Shown: positions 19,035 to 31,621, counted from the stretch's first letter. The stretch: DNA of 64,000 nt from Patescibacteria group bacterium (GCA_041660565.1 JBAZWC010000002.1:85520-149519); one strand, 5' to 3'. The notes: generated from the sequence alone by a model not told the origin. Numbers and translations are program-made.

Positions 19035-19514
19035 ATGTACAGTCTAAATCGTGCTCAAATACTGGGAAATTTGACTCGGGATCCGGAATTAAAATCTACC
19101 CCAAGCGGGCAAATGGTAACCTCGTTCAGCATTGCCACTAATCGCAGCTGGCAAAACCCGGATGGCACCCGCCAAGACGCCGTTGAATATCACGACATCG
19201 TGGCGTGGGGCAAATTGGCCGAAATTTCATCGCAAATTTTAGCCAAAGGCAAACAAGCGTATGTTGAAGGTCGCTTGCAAACTCGTAGCTGGGATAGCCA
19301 AGACGGTCAAAAACGACAAAAAACCGAGATTGTGGCCGAAAATATCATTGCTACCGGTTCAAGAGGCGAAAGAGACATTAAAATGTCTGACGACTCTGTG
19401 CAGTCATCCCCTAACGTTGGCAAACCAGAAAGAAAAGATAAAAAAGATGATGTAAAATCATCCGAATCTGCCAAAACAGATGAAGAAATTAACATCGATG
19501 ACATCCCATTTTAA
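19035..19514 (+). CDS. ssb: single-stranded DNA-binding protein
   Basis: LNRAQILGNLTRDPE; C-terminal DDIPF. Confidence 0.97.
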   Translation: MYSLNRAQILGNLTRDPELKSTPSGQMVTSFSIATNRSWQNPDGTRQDAVEYHDIVAWGKLAEISSQILAKGKQAYVEGRLQTRSWDSQDGQKRQKTEIVAENIIATGSRGERDIKMSDDSVQSSPNVGKPERKDKKDDVKSSESAKTDEEINIDDIPF

Positions 19515-19529
19515 AGTAAAAGGAGCTTA

Positions 19530-19751
19530 ATGCCAAAACCATATTACACCAAAAAAGAATGTCTATTTTGCAAAAAGCGCATGAACAGCGTGGATTACAA
19601 AGACGTTTCGCTATTATCTAAATTTACTACCCATTGGGGTCGTATTGAAACCGCCAAGAAATCCGGTACTTGCCATAAGCACCAACGCTTGTTAGGCACT
19701 GCAATTAAACAAGCAAGACACTTGGCCTTGATTCCGTTTACCACGAAATAA
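19530..19751 (+). CDS. rpsR: 30S ribosomal protein S18
   Basis: CLFC, VDYKD and AIKQARHLALIPF motifs. Confidence 0.95.
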   Translation: MPKPYYTKKECLFCKKRMNSVDYKDVSLLSKFTTHWGRIETAKKSGTCHKHQRLLGTAIKQARHLALIPFTTK

Positions 19752-19753
19752 TC

Positions 19754-20314
19754 ATGCTAAGTATTACCGATCTACGTAACGGCACATTGGTTGAAATTGA
19801 TGGCGATCCTCATATCGTGATCAACTATTCGCATCACAAAATGGGACGCGGTGGGGCTGTGGTTAAAACCAAACTTAAAAACCTCAAAACCGGCGCCACC
19901 TATGAGCGCTCTTTTCACGGTAACGACAAGTTAGATCAGGCTACACTGGACGAAAAACAGGCCAGTTTCTTGTATAAAGAAGGTAACAAATATCTATTTA
20001 TGGATTCAAGCACCTACGAACAGTTTGAGCTACCTGATTCGGTGATTGCAGACAGCATCCCATTTCTGGCTGAAGGCATTGAAGTTAAAGTGATGTTTTT
20101 TGATGGCTTACCAATTGCGCTAAACTTACCGATTAAAATGGAATTTAAAGTTACTCATACCGAGCCGGGCGTTAAAGGTGACACGGCGCAAGGTGGCACT
20201 AAACCAGCCACCATTGAAACCGGCGCTTCGATTATCGTACCGCTATTCGTCAATATAGGTGACGTAATTAGAGTGGACACACGAAACTCTAGCTACATCG
20301 AACGAGTTAAGTAA
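19754..20314 (+). CDS. efp: elongation factor P
   Basis: KMGRGGA, PGVKGDTA, and VPLFV..GD.IRVDTR motifs. Confidence 0.97.
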   Translation: MLSITDLRNGTLVEIDGDPHIVINYSHHKMGRGGAVVKTKLKNLKTGATYERSFHGNDKLDQATLDEKQASFLYKEGNKYLFMDSSTYEQFELPDSVIADSIPFLAEGIEVKVMFFDGLPIALNLPIKMEFKVTHTEPGVKGDTAQGGTKPATIETGASIIVPLFVNIGDVIRVDTRNSSYIERVK

Positions 20315-20361
20315 TCCTCATTTGCATCTTGATGCAGTCAAAGGTGTATAATGGAGTCGAT

Positions 20362-20868
20362 ATGCTTATTGCCGCATCTAAATTACAAAACGTGCCGTTA
20401 ATCGGCATGGAATCTCACAGTAGGCTCGGTACCATTAAACAGTGCATTTTTCACCCCGATACCGGACAGCTTTTAGCGTTCGCAATTAACCTAAATTCCG
20501 TTATTCCAAGAGTGAACTACATCTCTTTTAACGATATTGTCTCTTTTGAACAACACGCGGTGGTAGGAGATAGAGAATGTCTTTTTGATTTGGATGACTA
20601 CACCAAGGTCAAAAACATCTTGAGCCAAAAACGGCCTATTTTGGGTCAGAAAGTGCTCACCCGTGACCAGAAATATCTCGGAGACGTGACGGACGTGATG
20701 ATTGAAAAAACCACCGGCCAGATGGTGGAGTTTGAAGTACATCATCTTTTTTCAAAACGAATCTTCCGTTTTAATGATATCGACCAAATTACCACCAAAG
20801 GCGTAGTGGTAAAAAATGATTTGGAAATGGTCAAATCTGGGGTAGCGGTTGAGACAAACACCGCATGA
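20362..20868 (+). CDS. tandem PRC-barrel domain protein
   Basis: Two repeats of the LGxV/IxDV/C.I...TGQ pattern. Confidence 0.75.
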   Translation: MLIAASKLQNVPLIGMESHSRLGTIKQCIFHPDTGQLLAFAINLNSVIPRVNYISFNDIVSFEQHAVVGDRECLFDLDDYTKVKNILSQKRPILGQKVLTRDQKYLGDVTDVMIEKTTGQMVEFEVHHLFSKRIFRFNDIDQITTKGVVVKNDLEMVKSGVAVETNTA

Positions 20869-20926
20869 CACGACATGGTTGTTAATTCGAGCATGTCAGA
20901 GAAATCTTAAAAATGAATCCGACCCA

Positions 20927-21041
20927 AATTTTAAATTTTAAAGGCAAAATTTTAAATGAATAAGTACCGAATGATTAAATTTTAAATGGTTCCTTATTTA
21001 GTCATTTAAAATTGGCAACCATTCATTTGAAATTAAAAATT
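20927..21041 (+). repeat. AT-rich element of about 115 bp (core AAATGGTTCCTTATTTAGTCATTTAAAATTGG)
   Basis: Copies at 25420-25541 and 9500-9560; inverted copies at 45566-45680 and 48637-48766. Confidence 0.85.
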
Positions 21042-21649
21042 TATAATTTAAAATTGTCTCGAATTTCTCGCTCTAGCTGATCCACATCATCCACCACCAC
21101 TACGGCGTGGCTTTTTTGTAAGGTCTGTTTATCTTGGTAACCCCAGCTGACCGCAATAGACTTTACTCCAGCCGATTCTGCCTCAATTACATCGCCAGAA
21201 GTGTCGGTTATCAAAATTGATTGCACTGCGTCAATGCCAGTGTCAGCTAAGACGCGACGAATTTTATTGGTTTTGCTGTGGTCAACATCACCCCCTAACA
21301 CTTGGGTAAAATACTCAGACAGGTTGTTTTCATCCAAATACCGCTTGATCGAGGCGGTGTAAGTGGACGAAATAATGACCAACGTAAAGTCTTTGGCCAA
21401 GTCTGGCAATAACGGCGCAATCCCATCTTTGACGGGGTCATGGACGATTTTAGCGTCATACTGATCAAAGAAGTTATCTACCGGAACGATTCCGTCCTGT
21501 TGGATTGACCTGTAAACTCCAGTGTTAAATATCTGACGGTACTCATCTTCGGTCAAATTTGGGTTCGTCTGGCGCATAATATTGTACGCATCAAAAAAGG
21601 TATTAACAATCACTCCGTCAAAGTCAAAAAAGATTATTTTTTTAGGCAT
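21041..21649 (-). CDS. HAD-superfamily hydrolase (phosphoglycolate phosphatase-like)
   Basis: FDFDGVI motif I; TDTSGDV motif IV. Confidence 0.9.
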   Translation of the reverse strand: MPKKIIFFDFDGVIVNTFFDAYNIMRQTNPNLTEDEYRQIFNTGVYRSIQQDGIVPVDNFFDQYDAKIVHDPVKDGIAPLLPDLAKDFTLVIISSTYTASIKRYLDENNLSEYFTQVLGGDVDHSKTNKIRRVLADTGIDAVQSILITDTSGDVIEAESAGVKSIAVSWGYQDKQTLQKSHAVVVVDDVDQLEREIRDNFKL

Positions 21650-21682
21650 TTTTGCTCCAAATATTTACCATCATCATAACAC

Positions 21683-21709
21683 AAAATGCGGCGCACAGCG
21701 CCGCATTTT
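21683..21709. terminator. bidirectional-type terminator downstream of groEL
   Basis: AAAATGCGGCGCACAGCGCCGCATTTT. Confidence 0.7.
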
Positions 21710-21841
21710 GGCTTCCCCCCTAGCAATAGATTGCTAAACCAGAGGACTAGACGATATTATAGTCTAGGCCTGGTTACAGAAGAGTTAGCCCCACTTCGCC
21801 CCGCAAAAGCGGAGCTACGAGGGGCGTCGTCGCTACCGCTC

Positions 21842-23497
<1,656 letters not shown>

Positions 23498-23511
23498 TTA
23501 AATGTTAATAG

Positions 23512-23796
23512 TTATTCTACGATTCCCAAAATATCCGACTCATTCAAAACCAACAGTTCTTCGCCATCTATCTTAATCTCTGTTGGGCCATATTTGGTAA
23601 ACATTACTTTCTGTCCCACTTTTACTTCCAATGGTTTCAATGTCCCATCAATATATTTTCCACTACCAACAGCAATTATTTCGCCCTCCTGCGGCTTTTC
23701 TTTAACCGTATCTGGTAGTACAATTCCAGATTTTGTTACTTCGTCTTTTTTGAGTGCCCTAACCAAAACGCGATCACCAAGCGGCTGAAACTTCAT
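23512..23796 (-). CDS. groS: co-chaperonin GroES
   Basis: MKFQPLGDRVLV...SGIVLPD; SD AAGGAG. Confidence 0.97.
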   Translation of the reverse strand: MKFQPLGDRVLVRALKKDEVTKSGIVLPDTVKEKPQEGEIIAVGSGKYIDGTLKPLEVKVGQKVMFTKYGPTEIKIDGEELLVLNESDILGIVE

Positions 23797-23836
23797 CCTA
23801 GCTCCTTTTCGTTTTATGTGTTGTCTAGGCTCAAGT

Positions 23837-24718
23837 TTATCGTTTGGGCGATAAAATGTCAAGTATACTTTGCATTTTGCGAATGTAGTTAGGACGATGA
23901 TCCACCGAATGCATTTTAAGGATGTTTGGGGCGCATACCAGCAGTTTTGAATTTGCAAACTCCGAATCCCGCATTATTTTGCGCTGGCTAAGATGGAAAA
24001 TGATTTTTTCTAGCACGCCATATTTTCCGACGTCCAACCCCTGCTCTTTGTCCCCCGCTAAATGCGCAACCTGATGCTTTTTCCAATTCGGCAACAAATC
24101 AAAAATATAATCGTTGACTTTAATAAATTGATTGTAAGTTTGGACACCAAACAACGGCACCATGGTAGCAATCCACATAGCATTGGTACGATCATCACAC
24201 CGGTACTTTCTTACATCCAAATTGTCTTCAGTCAGCCAATAACCCAAACAGGCGCGCCCAGCTTGTAAATGATGGTTTTTGTGCAAACCAAGAATTTTTA
24301 ATTTGATTAACGCTAAGGCTCTGGCAAAGTATAGATGCCCGGGCGCGGTGATGACCAGAAAATCAATGTCACTTTCTTTGCGATTTGTCTGCATTGCCAC
24401 GCTATTCATTAAAATAACCGATTGTATGTACGGCGTAGAACTAATTATTGAAGCAATACGTAAGGCTCTCTGACGCAAAATGGTAAGCGTAGTCTGCCGG
24501 TTGATTGTGGCGGTGATGCTACTCTGAGAGAGAGCAATGTACCCACAGTCAACCACCAATTTATGTTTATTGCATAAATTATTGACTGTGTTAGCCAGTT
24601 GCTCGTCTGACAATGGCTGCTGGTATAAGAAATTTTTGATCTCAATAAAGGTTAGCGCCCGTTGCCACTGACCAAAATATGCCACGACTTCTAAGACTGA
24701 AAGTTCTTCTTTGTTCAT
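23837..24718 (-). CDS. nucleotidyltransferase-fold hypothetical protein
   Basis: NSVA....RKESDIDFLVI matches the Pol-beta-like GS/DxD motif. Confidence 0.65.
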   Translation of the reverse strand: MNKEELSVLEVVAYFGQWQRALTFIEIKNFLYQQPLSDEQLANTVNNLCNKHKLVVDCGYIALSQSSITATINRQTTLTILRQRALRIASIISSTPYIQSVILMNSVAMQTNRKESDIDFLVITAPGHLYFARALALIKLKILGLHKNHHLQAGRACLGYWLTEDNLDVRKYRCDDRTNAMWIATMVPLFGVQTYNQFIKVNDYIFDLLPNWKKHQVAHLAGDKEQGLDVGKYGVLEKIIFHLSQRKIMRDSEFANSKLLVCAPNILKMHSVDHRPNYIRKMQSILDILSPKR

Positions 24719-24795
24719 AGCCAAATAATAGCATAAATTAAAAGCTTCCAAATATCCAATTAGCCCAATTCATCCTATTTATCCAATTCGGACTT

Positions 24796-25329
24796 TTACT
24801 TTTTGCCCGAGCCAAAGATGCTAGACCAAAAAGAGTTGTTTGCTTTCTTTTTACTTGTTGTCGATTCCGCCGGAGCGGTTAGTTGCTTCACTTGGTCTTT
24901 TAGGGTTTCGACTTGGTTTTGATAATAACCTAGCTGTCCGGCCATATTAAAGTTTTTCTCGCCAAATTCTTTTGATTCCTGACGCAGTTGCTCTTTTTCT
25001 TTTCTTAGGTTTTCTAACTCTTTTTCCAAAACCTCAATAGCATGGGCTATGTTAGGGTCTGCTGATGCAGTGTTAGGGACACTGTTTGTAACAGTATTTT
25101 TAACAGCCTTATCAATAGGCTTTCTACCAGTGTTAACCGGAGTGTCTTTAAGGGTCTGCTTAAGCTCTACTAATTCCTCGCGATTAAGCCGCATTTCTTG
25201 GCCGTTAAAGCCTTCAACATACTGCTTGCTGAGCTTGTTACTACGCACGTATGAGCGCACCGTGGCTGACTTTTTTCCCAAGATATCCATTGCTTCCCGC
25301 AAAGAAACATCGTAAACTTTTTCTGCCAT
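24796..25329 (-). CDS. HTH plus coiled-coil DNA-binding protein
   Basis: N-terminal SLREAMDILGKKSATVRSYV HTH, a coiled coil, and a C-terminal amphipathic FWSSIFG. Confidence 0.75.
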   Translation of the reverse strand: MAEKVYDVSLREAMDILGKKSATVRSYVRSNKLSKQYVEGFNGQEMRLNREELVELKQTLKDTPVNTGRKPIDKAVKNTVTNSVPNTASADPNIAHAIEVLEKELENLRKEKEQLRQESKEFGEKNFNMAGQLGYYQNQVETLKDQVKQLTAPAESTTSKKKANNSFWSSIFGSGKK

Positions 25330-25419
25330 ATTTCACACTCCTCTTATTACCCTAAACATTAGGGTGTTATGAAACGGTTGTCAATAGGGGTGATAATAGA
25401 GTGCTGCTATAAGAAGAAC

Positions 25420-25541
25420 AATTATAAATTTTAAAGGCTAAATTTTAAATGAATAAGAGCCGAATGATTAAATTTTAAATGGTTCCTTATTTAGTCATTT
25501 AAAAATTGGCTACCTTTCATTTGAAATTAAAAATTAAAAAT
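25420..25541 (+). repeat. AT-rich element copy
   Basis: Aligns with 20927-21041. Confidence 0.85.
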
Positions 25542-25544
25542 TGG

Positions 25545-27353
25545 CTATGGTGTTGCCACTGGCCCTGTCCCAACCAGATATCTCGCCTGCCACGGTACAT
25601 AATGGCTAACAAAGGTTTGTTTATTTCTTTCAGACCCATCGGCGTTCAAAACGGTGTACGTAAAGCTTGCGTTAGAGCCGGCATGGGCTTTTTCGATCTG
25701 TTTGGTAGTTCCGGTGGGTAACGTGTCAGTATTGACATAGACGGGGTCTGGGGGCTGTACAACATCATATACGCTAGGAGCTGTCTGTTGAACAGTACGC
25801 CCATCCTTTTTACCGTAGATATCAAAGGTAATTTTAGTGCCATCAACATGAGATTGGATTAGAATATTCGACGCGGTATCGTTTACAAATTTAAAGTCTG
25901 GGCTGCCTTCATAAATTGTGGCGTCCATGCCCACCGGTGGCTCATAATAGCCCACTCGATAAGAGTGGTTTCGACGATCGGTGATTTTCAATCCGGAGTT
26001 CATTGAGGCTCGAAAAAGCGTGGTTGAGACCTGACACAGTCCACCACCAAATTCCGGCTCGGTGCGATTTTCTTTAATCACCAATTCGGGTAAATAACCG
26101 GACGCACCATCAATCTTGCCTAAATTCTTAAGAGTCGAAAACTCCTCACCCGGTTTGATCAATATCCCATTCAGCGCCGCTGCACCAACTGTAATGTTAT
26201 GAACACGATTTTGGGGACTTCCGGAAAAACTGGTAGTGCCACTCCCAATTAAATCCACAATACCCAGGCTGCTAATATTGCTCTCATTTACCTGCGGTTT
26301 GGTGACAATAATCACGGCCGGAATGGTAATAGTATCGTCACTCTTATTATTTTGAATAAAATCTTGCACCGCTTTTACCACGTTGGCATCGGTCTTGGCA
26401 ACGTCAAGCTGTCGCCCATCCTGCCCGGGCACGGTAATGGACACGGTACTATTTTGCAAGGTCAAGCGCGATTCGGTTGGGTCTTGATTAATCTGTGACG
26501 TAATTTTATTTAACCAGGCCTTAACTGCTTCAGCGTTTACTCCAGCTTGAATTTGTTGATGCACCATCTCGGAGTTTATCCAACTATCAAGTTCGCTTTG
26601 AGATGGAGAGTAGGTTTTTGTGCCATCGCTAAGTTTAATTTTGGCTTGACGTAATTTTTTTGCCTGTGCGATAGCATTATCGGTGTGGCCGGCTAGATAT
26701 AAAGGCGTCACTACCAACCGCTCAAGCAAAATCTGGTCTGACGACCCCAATTTCCACCGCGACACAATTTGTTTAATCGCCATATCTTGATCTAATCGAT
26801 ATCCCTTAGCGCCACTAGTCTCAACCACCTGCCCATTGTCAACTTTAATACCGGCGTTAACCTCGGGCTGATCCACTTTGGCGGCAAAATCACTCACCAA
26901 TTTAGCTAATTTTTCTGCGTCATAGCTAATCACATAATCCACGGTTCGAGGATAAAAAATCTGCACCAAAGCTTCTGACATAGACGGGAAAATACTACTG
27001 CGCCGCCCGATTGCATAGGTGTTGATGGCGGTAGTTTTAGCATCGTAGGTTAGTCCAACGTCGGCTGCATGAATTTCTAAACTTTGTTTATTTACTTCTA
27101 ATTTAACCGTAGCATTGGCCACCGTCTGAATTTGCGCTTCAAGTTTACTACCGGAATCTGGTAATGAAAGCCCGCTTAAATCTTGGCTAGCCACATAGAT
27201 GTTAGGAAAAACGCGCGTGGAGTAGTACCACATATATCCGGCAAATCCACCCACGACCAAAACAACCGCTATCACCCCATAAGCAATCAACCAACGCCGA
27301 CTAAAAAAGTGTCGAACGTTTTTTTTAGTTTTTTCTTTTTTTGTCGATACCAT
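25545..27353 (-). CDS. VanW-family protein with PG-binding repeats and a G5-like tail
   Basis: N-terminal TM helix; NRVHNI, GGGLCQVSTTLFRA, RRNHSY and GMDATIY motifs. Confidence 0.92.
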   Translation of the reverse strand: MVSTKKEKTKKNVRHFFSRRWLIAYGVIAVVLVVGGFAGYMWYYSTRVFPNIYVASQDLSGLSLPDSGSKLEAQIQTVANATVKLEVNKQSLEIHAADVGLTYDAKTTAINTYAIGRRSSIFPSMSEALVQIFYPRTVDYVISYDAEKLAKLVSDFAAKVDQPEVNAGIKVDNGQVVETSGAKGYRLDQDMAIKQIVSRWKLGSSDQILLERLVVTPLYLAGHTDNAIAQAKKLRQAKIKLSDGTKTYSPSQSELDSWINSEMVHQQIQAGVNAEAVKAWLNKITSQINQDPTESRLTLQNSTVSITVPGQDGRQLDVAKTDANVVKAVQDFIQNNKSDDTITIPAVIIVTKPQVNESNISSLGIVDLIGSGTTSFSGSPQNRVHNITVGAAALNGILIKPGEEFSTLKNLGKIDGASGYLPELVIKENRTEPEFGGGLCQVSTTLFRASMNSGLKITDRRNHSYRVGYYEPPVGMDATIYEGSPDFKFVNDTASNILIQSHVDGTKITFDIYGKKDGRTVQQTAPSVYDVVQPPDPVYVNTDTLPTGTTKQIEKAHAGSNASFTYTVLNADGSERNKQTFVSHYVPWQARYLVGTGPVATP

Positions 27354-27394
27354 TTAAATGGTTCCCCTAATGGCCTAATCAGCTAATCACCTGC

Positions 27395-27643
27395 CTACGA
27401 TATCAGTTCGTTCAATACCGCTTTGGTGGTCTGATCTTGGCGTTTTTGCGCCATGTCAAACTGCTCCACCGTGATGGCAACGTCATCACCTACTTTTAGG
27501 TTAACAGGAATGATTGCCTTGGGGCAAATAAAACTATCGGTCGCGTTAGTTAAGACCGCTTGATCATTCTCGATCGAGTCGATTTTGTATTGATGCAAAA
27601 CCGGAGGATAAATTGTTGATCCCGGTACGTTACGAGTTGTCAT
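27395..27643 (-). CDS. small OB-fold-like protein (DUF3006-like)
   Basis: IDSIENDQAVL...P.NLKVGD pattern. Confidence 0.6.
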   Translation of the reverse strand: MTTRNVPGSTIYPPVLHQYKIDSIENDQAVLTNATDSFICPKAIIPVNLKVGDDVAITVEQFDMAQKRQDQTTKAVLNELIS

Positions 27644-27660
27644 TTCAGTTCCAAATCAAG

Positions 27661-27822
27661 TAAATTCGAAGCACTAAATCCGATAATCACGAGTATTCTG
27701 CGAGTGATTTCGATGCGAAACATCTATTTCGAAACAAATTTCAAATATAAAATTCCAAAAGTTTTGAATTTGATTTTTGGTGATTTGCGATTTTTTCGTG
27801 CTTCGTATTTCGTGCTTAGTGC
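27661..27822. repeat. AT-rich intergenic element with inserted module
   Basis: Same family as 8633-8800; the inner module matches 9560-9604. Confidence 0.65.
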
Positions 27823-27826
27823 TTTG

Positions 27827-29953
27827 CTACTTCGCTTCTTGGCTAACTTTGGGTCGGCGCAAATACGCAACAACCAACAGAACCACCACAAACACGGCCA
27901 ATACAATCCACTTAGCTTGGCTTGTCAAAGCATGTTCGGTCATTAATGAGATAATCAACAACGCCACAATGTTCACCACTTTAATCATGGGGTTGATGGC
28001 CGGACCGGCGGTGTCTTTATATGGATCGCCTACAGTATCGCCGGTAACGGCGGCCTGATGAGCAAACGAACCTTTTCCACCAAAGTTACCAGATTCGATG
28101 TATTTTTTAGCGTTATCCCAAGCGCCACCGCCCGAAGTCATCGAAATTGCCACGAAGATACCAGTGACGATAGATCCAACCAGCAATCCACCCAAAGCCG
28201 ATGGCCCCAGCAAGAATCCAACCAAAACAGTGGCTACGATAGGCAATACAGCCGGAATAACCATTTCTTTAATTGCAGATTTTGTCACAATATCCACTGC
28301 CGCCCGATAATCCGGCTTCTCAGTTCCTTTCATAATGCCCTTAAAGACTCGGAACTGGCGTCGAACCTCTTCTACTACCTGTGCGCCCGCTTTTCCCACC
28401 GCTTCCATAGACAACGCGGCAAAATAGTAGGGCAACAGACCACCAATAAACAGACCAACCAAAACGTACGGGTCGGACAACGAGAAAGTCAATTCTTGGC
28501 CGGTCAAAGTCTTCAAATCGGCCACATAAGACGCAAACAACACAATGGCGGCCAAACCAGCTGAACCAATGGCATAACCCTTGGTAACGGCTTTGGTGGT
28601 GTTACCCACGGCATCTAATTCATCGGTAATGGTGCGGATTGATTCCGGCAGCTCGGCCATTTCGGCAATGCCACCGGCGTTATCAGTGATCGGACCATAG
28701 GCATCAATAGCGACGATGATTCCCGCCAGCGACAACATCGCAACCACTGCGATGGCAACACCAAAGATTCCGGCCAAGCTGTACGAGGCCAAAATGGCGG
28801 CGCAAATAACCAAAACTGGCATTGCGGTTGAGCGCATCGAAACTGCCAAACCGGTGATCACGTTAGTACCGTGGCCGGTTTGTGAGGAGGCGGCAATTGA
28901 TTTAACCGGCGCATATTTGGTGCTGGTAAAGTATTCGGTGATGACAACCAAAAGCGCGGTTACGGCCAAACCAATCAATGATGCAAAAAACAGATTGTTC
29001 ACGGTATAGTCGGCACCATAGCTGGTTAATCCGGACATAAATTTATTCGTCACAAACCAGAACGCCACCGCCGATAACACGCCAGCGACGATCAAACCGT
29101 TGTACAGCGCGGCCATAATGCCTTGCTTGCCAAAACGGCGCACGAACCAAGTACCAATAATAGTGGCGACGATGGATACGCCACCAAGAGCCAATGGGTA
29201 CAACAGCACGCTTTCGTTGCCCTTAAACAAAATGGCACCAAGCAACATTACCGCAATCATGGTAACACAGTAAGTTTCAAATAGATCGGCGGCCATTCCG
29301 GCGCAATCACCCACGTTATCGCCTACGTTATCGGCAATGACGGCCGGATTTCGCGGATCGTCTTCTGGAATTCCGGCTTCAACTTTACCCACCAAATCGG
29401 CACCAACGTCGGCGCCTTTGGTGTAAATACCGCCGCCCAATCGAGCAAAGATGCTAATTAATGATCCTCCAAAACCCAAACCAATTAAAGCTGAGGTGTC
29501 TTTGAAAATCGCGTAAAAAGCGGTGACGGCCAGCAAGCCCAAGCCCACTACCAACAATCCGGTTACGCTACCACCTTGAAAAGCCACTTTCAAAGCTGCG
29601 TCTAAGCCAGATTTTGCCGCTTCGGCAGTACGAACATTGGCGCGCACCGAGACGTTCATCCCAATGTAACCAGCCAACGCCGATAATGTTGCTCCCACCA
29701 AAAAGCCAACCGCAGTGTGCCAGTTAAGCGCGTAGAGCAGCACCACGAATAGGACAACGGCCACAAGTGCCACGGTTGAGTACTGGCGATTAAGAAAAGC
29801 CATTGCACCTTGTTGGATGGCCAACGCAATGTCTGCCATCTTTTTGGTTCCCACCGGTTTCTTTAGAATATTTAAGGCGGTCAATATGCCATATACAACC
29901 GCAAGGGATCCTCCGCCAAGTGCCAGGGTAAGCGCTAACTGGTAGGTGCTCAT
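27827..29953 (-). CDS. hppA: membrane H+-translocating pyrophosphatase, K+-independent type
   Basis: [20 protein letters not shown] and DNVGDNVGD motifs; GNTTKA carries the Lys signature of K+-independent enzymes. Confidence 0.95.
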   Translation of the reverse strand: MSTYQLALTLALGGGSLAVVYGILTALNILKKPVGTKKMADIALAIQQGAMAFLNRQYSTVALVAVVLFVVLLYALNWHTAVGFLVGATLSALAGYIGMNVSVRANVRTAEAAKSGLDAALKVAFQGGSVTGLLVVGLGLLAVTAFYAIFKDTSALIGLGFGGSLISIFARLGGGIYTKGADVGADLVGKVEAGIPEDDPRNPAVIADNVGDNVGDCAGMAADLFETYCVTMIAVMLLGAILFKGNESVLLYPLALGGVSIVATIIGTWFVRRFGKQGIMAALYNGLIVAGVLSAVAFWFVTNKFMSGLTSYGADYTVNNLFFASLIGLAVTALLVVITEYFTSTKYAPVKSIAASSQTGHGTNVITGLAVSMRSTAMPVLVICAAILASYSLAGIFGVAIAVVAMLSLAGIIVAIDAYGPITDNAGGIAEMAELPESIRTITDELDAVGNTTKAVTKGYAIGSAGLAAIVLFASYVADLKTLTGQELTFSLSDPYVLVGLFIGGLLPYYFAALSMEAVGKAGAQVVEEVRRQFRVFKGIMKGTEKPDYRAAVDIVTKSAIKEMVIPAVLPIVATVLVGFLLGPSALGGLLVGSIVTGIFVAISMTSGGGAWDNAKKYIESGNFGGKGSFAHQAAVTGDTVGDPYKDTAGPAINPMIKVVNIVALLIISLMTEHALTSQAKWIVLAVFVVVLLVVAYLRRPKVSQEAK

Positions 29954-30079
29954 AGTTCATCTTCCTTTCAGATTTTGATAGGGTTTGTTTTCGTTTGTTT
30001 TCCTTATTTATATCAGTTTGAGACCTCAATAGCAAGATTTTAGGCCCTCCAACGTGCGGAGGGCCTATGGCTGGCGACT

Positions 30080-30754
30080 TCACCAGTCGATTGTAACGAT
30101 GCGAGCAAACTGGCTAGATGCGGTCATGGGATCGGCATACAGCTTGACATAGGTGACGTCCAGGCCATCTTCGACCAGATACATCACCGCCCACAGCTTC
30201 CTCGATCGATCAGGAACCCCCGGGAAAACGTGTAATCCGGGCACATACAACGGAAAGTTCATATCGCTCCGACATTTCAGCCAGATAAACTGCATCACCC
30301 GCGCCAACGGGATCGGCACCCCACCTGCCTCATCGAACATCTGCTGGTAGGTTGCCCGACGCCCCAAGTTGTTGACGGTCACCGAACAGGGCAGCGGCTC
30401 TTGCATCAACACGTCGTCCCCAAAGACATCGTGGAACGATTTGTCGATGGACCATTTGGTCAGGCCATAACCAGATACCAGATCGCCGGTGGCCAAATGC
30501 AGTGGCACAAGGTTGTTAACCAGCGGCAAGTTCACCGAAATGGTCGGCTTCAGCAACCCCGTCTGTGATGCGGGCTCGCGCGGTACTGGCGACATCAACA
30601 ACCTTCGCAACTCCGGACCAAGCAAGCTAGTGTGACCTTGCCAAAACCGTACGGCGTCAGCGGGAACTTCTTCAACGGGCATTGGAGACTGCTGCACTAG
30701 CATTGCATGCAGCTCTTTCAGCATTCTTGCTTGGGCTCTCTCATGTTCTGGCAT
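30080..30754 (-). CDS. GC-rich paralog family member A1
   Basis: PIPLARVMQFI motif shared with 30911, 33262 and 34091; SD AAAGGGG. Confidence 0.75.
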   Translation of the reverse strand: MPEHERAQARMLKELHAMLVQQSPMPVEEVPADAVRFWQGHTSLLGPELRRLLMSPVPREPASQTGLLKPTISVNLPLVNNLVPLHLATGDLVSGYGLTKWSIDKSFHDVFGDDVLMQEPLPCSVTVNNLGRRATYQQMFDEAGGVPIPLARVMQFIWLKCRSDMNFPLYVPGLHVFPGVPDRSRKLWAVMYLVEDGLDVTYVKLYADPMTASSQFARIVTIDW

Positions 30755-30847
30755 GAGCTATCCCCTTTACGTTTTACGCCCGCCGGCGTAACGGCTCGCC
30801 TGTTCGAGCCGTTTGAATCCACACAAAAAATACCACAAAAAGTGGTA
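30752..30847 (-). repeat. 96-bp promoter/leader, identical to 31619-31714
   Basis: Base-by-base identity; contains TGG-TATTTT -10, two hairpins and the SD. Confidence 0.95.
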
Positions 30848-30910
30848 AATGTCTAGAATGAAATCGGCCCCGGGGGTTAGCCGGGGCCGGAGTGTTTGAC
30901 GTGCCTGATG

Positions 30911-31621
30911 TCAACTGGCGTAGACCAGCACATTGGCTTGGACCGGATCATCCAGCGGGTGAGCATCCAACATAATCCACGACTTACCCGTGCTGTGATC
31001 CGGAGTAGCGCAAACGACAACATGAGCGCCATTGCGGTTCGGGACTCGGATGAAAGCGTGGCTGGTGTCACCCATACTGATCAAACTCTCGCATGACCGA
31101 CACGCCACATGGAGGTACTGCCACACCCGTGCCAACGACAACGACCGCACCGGGTAGGCTATCGTCCCAGCAACGTCTTGGTAGGTATCTCTTTCTTTCG
31201 GATGTACGCGATTACAGACTGTCACGTTCCCAGCTAGCCACAGGATTATCGGCCCGATCCCTCTGAACGCCTCAGTGAACGAATCATCAAGGATCACGCC
31301 CCAATTGTTGATGGCAACGCCGTCAGATTTGTCAAAGCGCCGATTGTGCCAGTACTCATCCGGCGGCAACTGGATGGTTATCAGTTTCTCCAGTACCGTC
31401 TCGTCAAACGCCGGTGGAAAGACGCATCGTAGGCCAGCTTGCATCGCCTCCCCTAGCAGGCTCTTGTGCGCTAGCAGATATTCGACATGTTGCATCGAGA
31501 TGCCAGCACCGGGAGTCGGCGCCTTCGCCAAGACAGCAGTGTACCAATCATGAACGTAGCCCGCAGTCAGCAAATCGACTCCCCGATCTCTTGCCTGGGC
31601 TGTCTCACGGTCCGTAGACAT
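30911..31621 (-). CDS. GC-rich paralog family member A2
   Basis: SLSLARVWQYL motif. Confidence 0.75.
   Translation of the reverse strand: MSTDRETAQARDRGVDLLTAGYVHDWYTAVLAKAPTPGAGISMQHVEYLLAHKSLLGEAMQAGLRCVFPPAFDETVLEKLITIQLPPDEYWHNRRFDKSDGVAINNWGVILDDSFTEAFRGIGPIILWLAGNVTVCNRVHPKERDTYQDVAGTIAYPVRSLSLARVWQYLHVACRSCESLISMGDTSHAFIRVPNRNGAHVVVCATPDHSTGKSWIMLDAHPLDDPVQANVLVYAS

Noticed and set aside
21720-21738. CIRCE-like TTAGCA...TGCTAA near groEL
   Set aside because: The spacing is wrong, it lacks the CTC/GAG arms, and it lies downstream of the operon. No CIRCE was seen upstream of groES.
23797-23958. N-terminal extension of GroES in the ORF track (similarly FtsK, RpsF, PseI)
   Set aside because: Downstream starts with clear SDs match the family N-termini.
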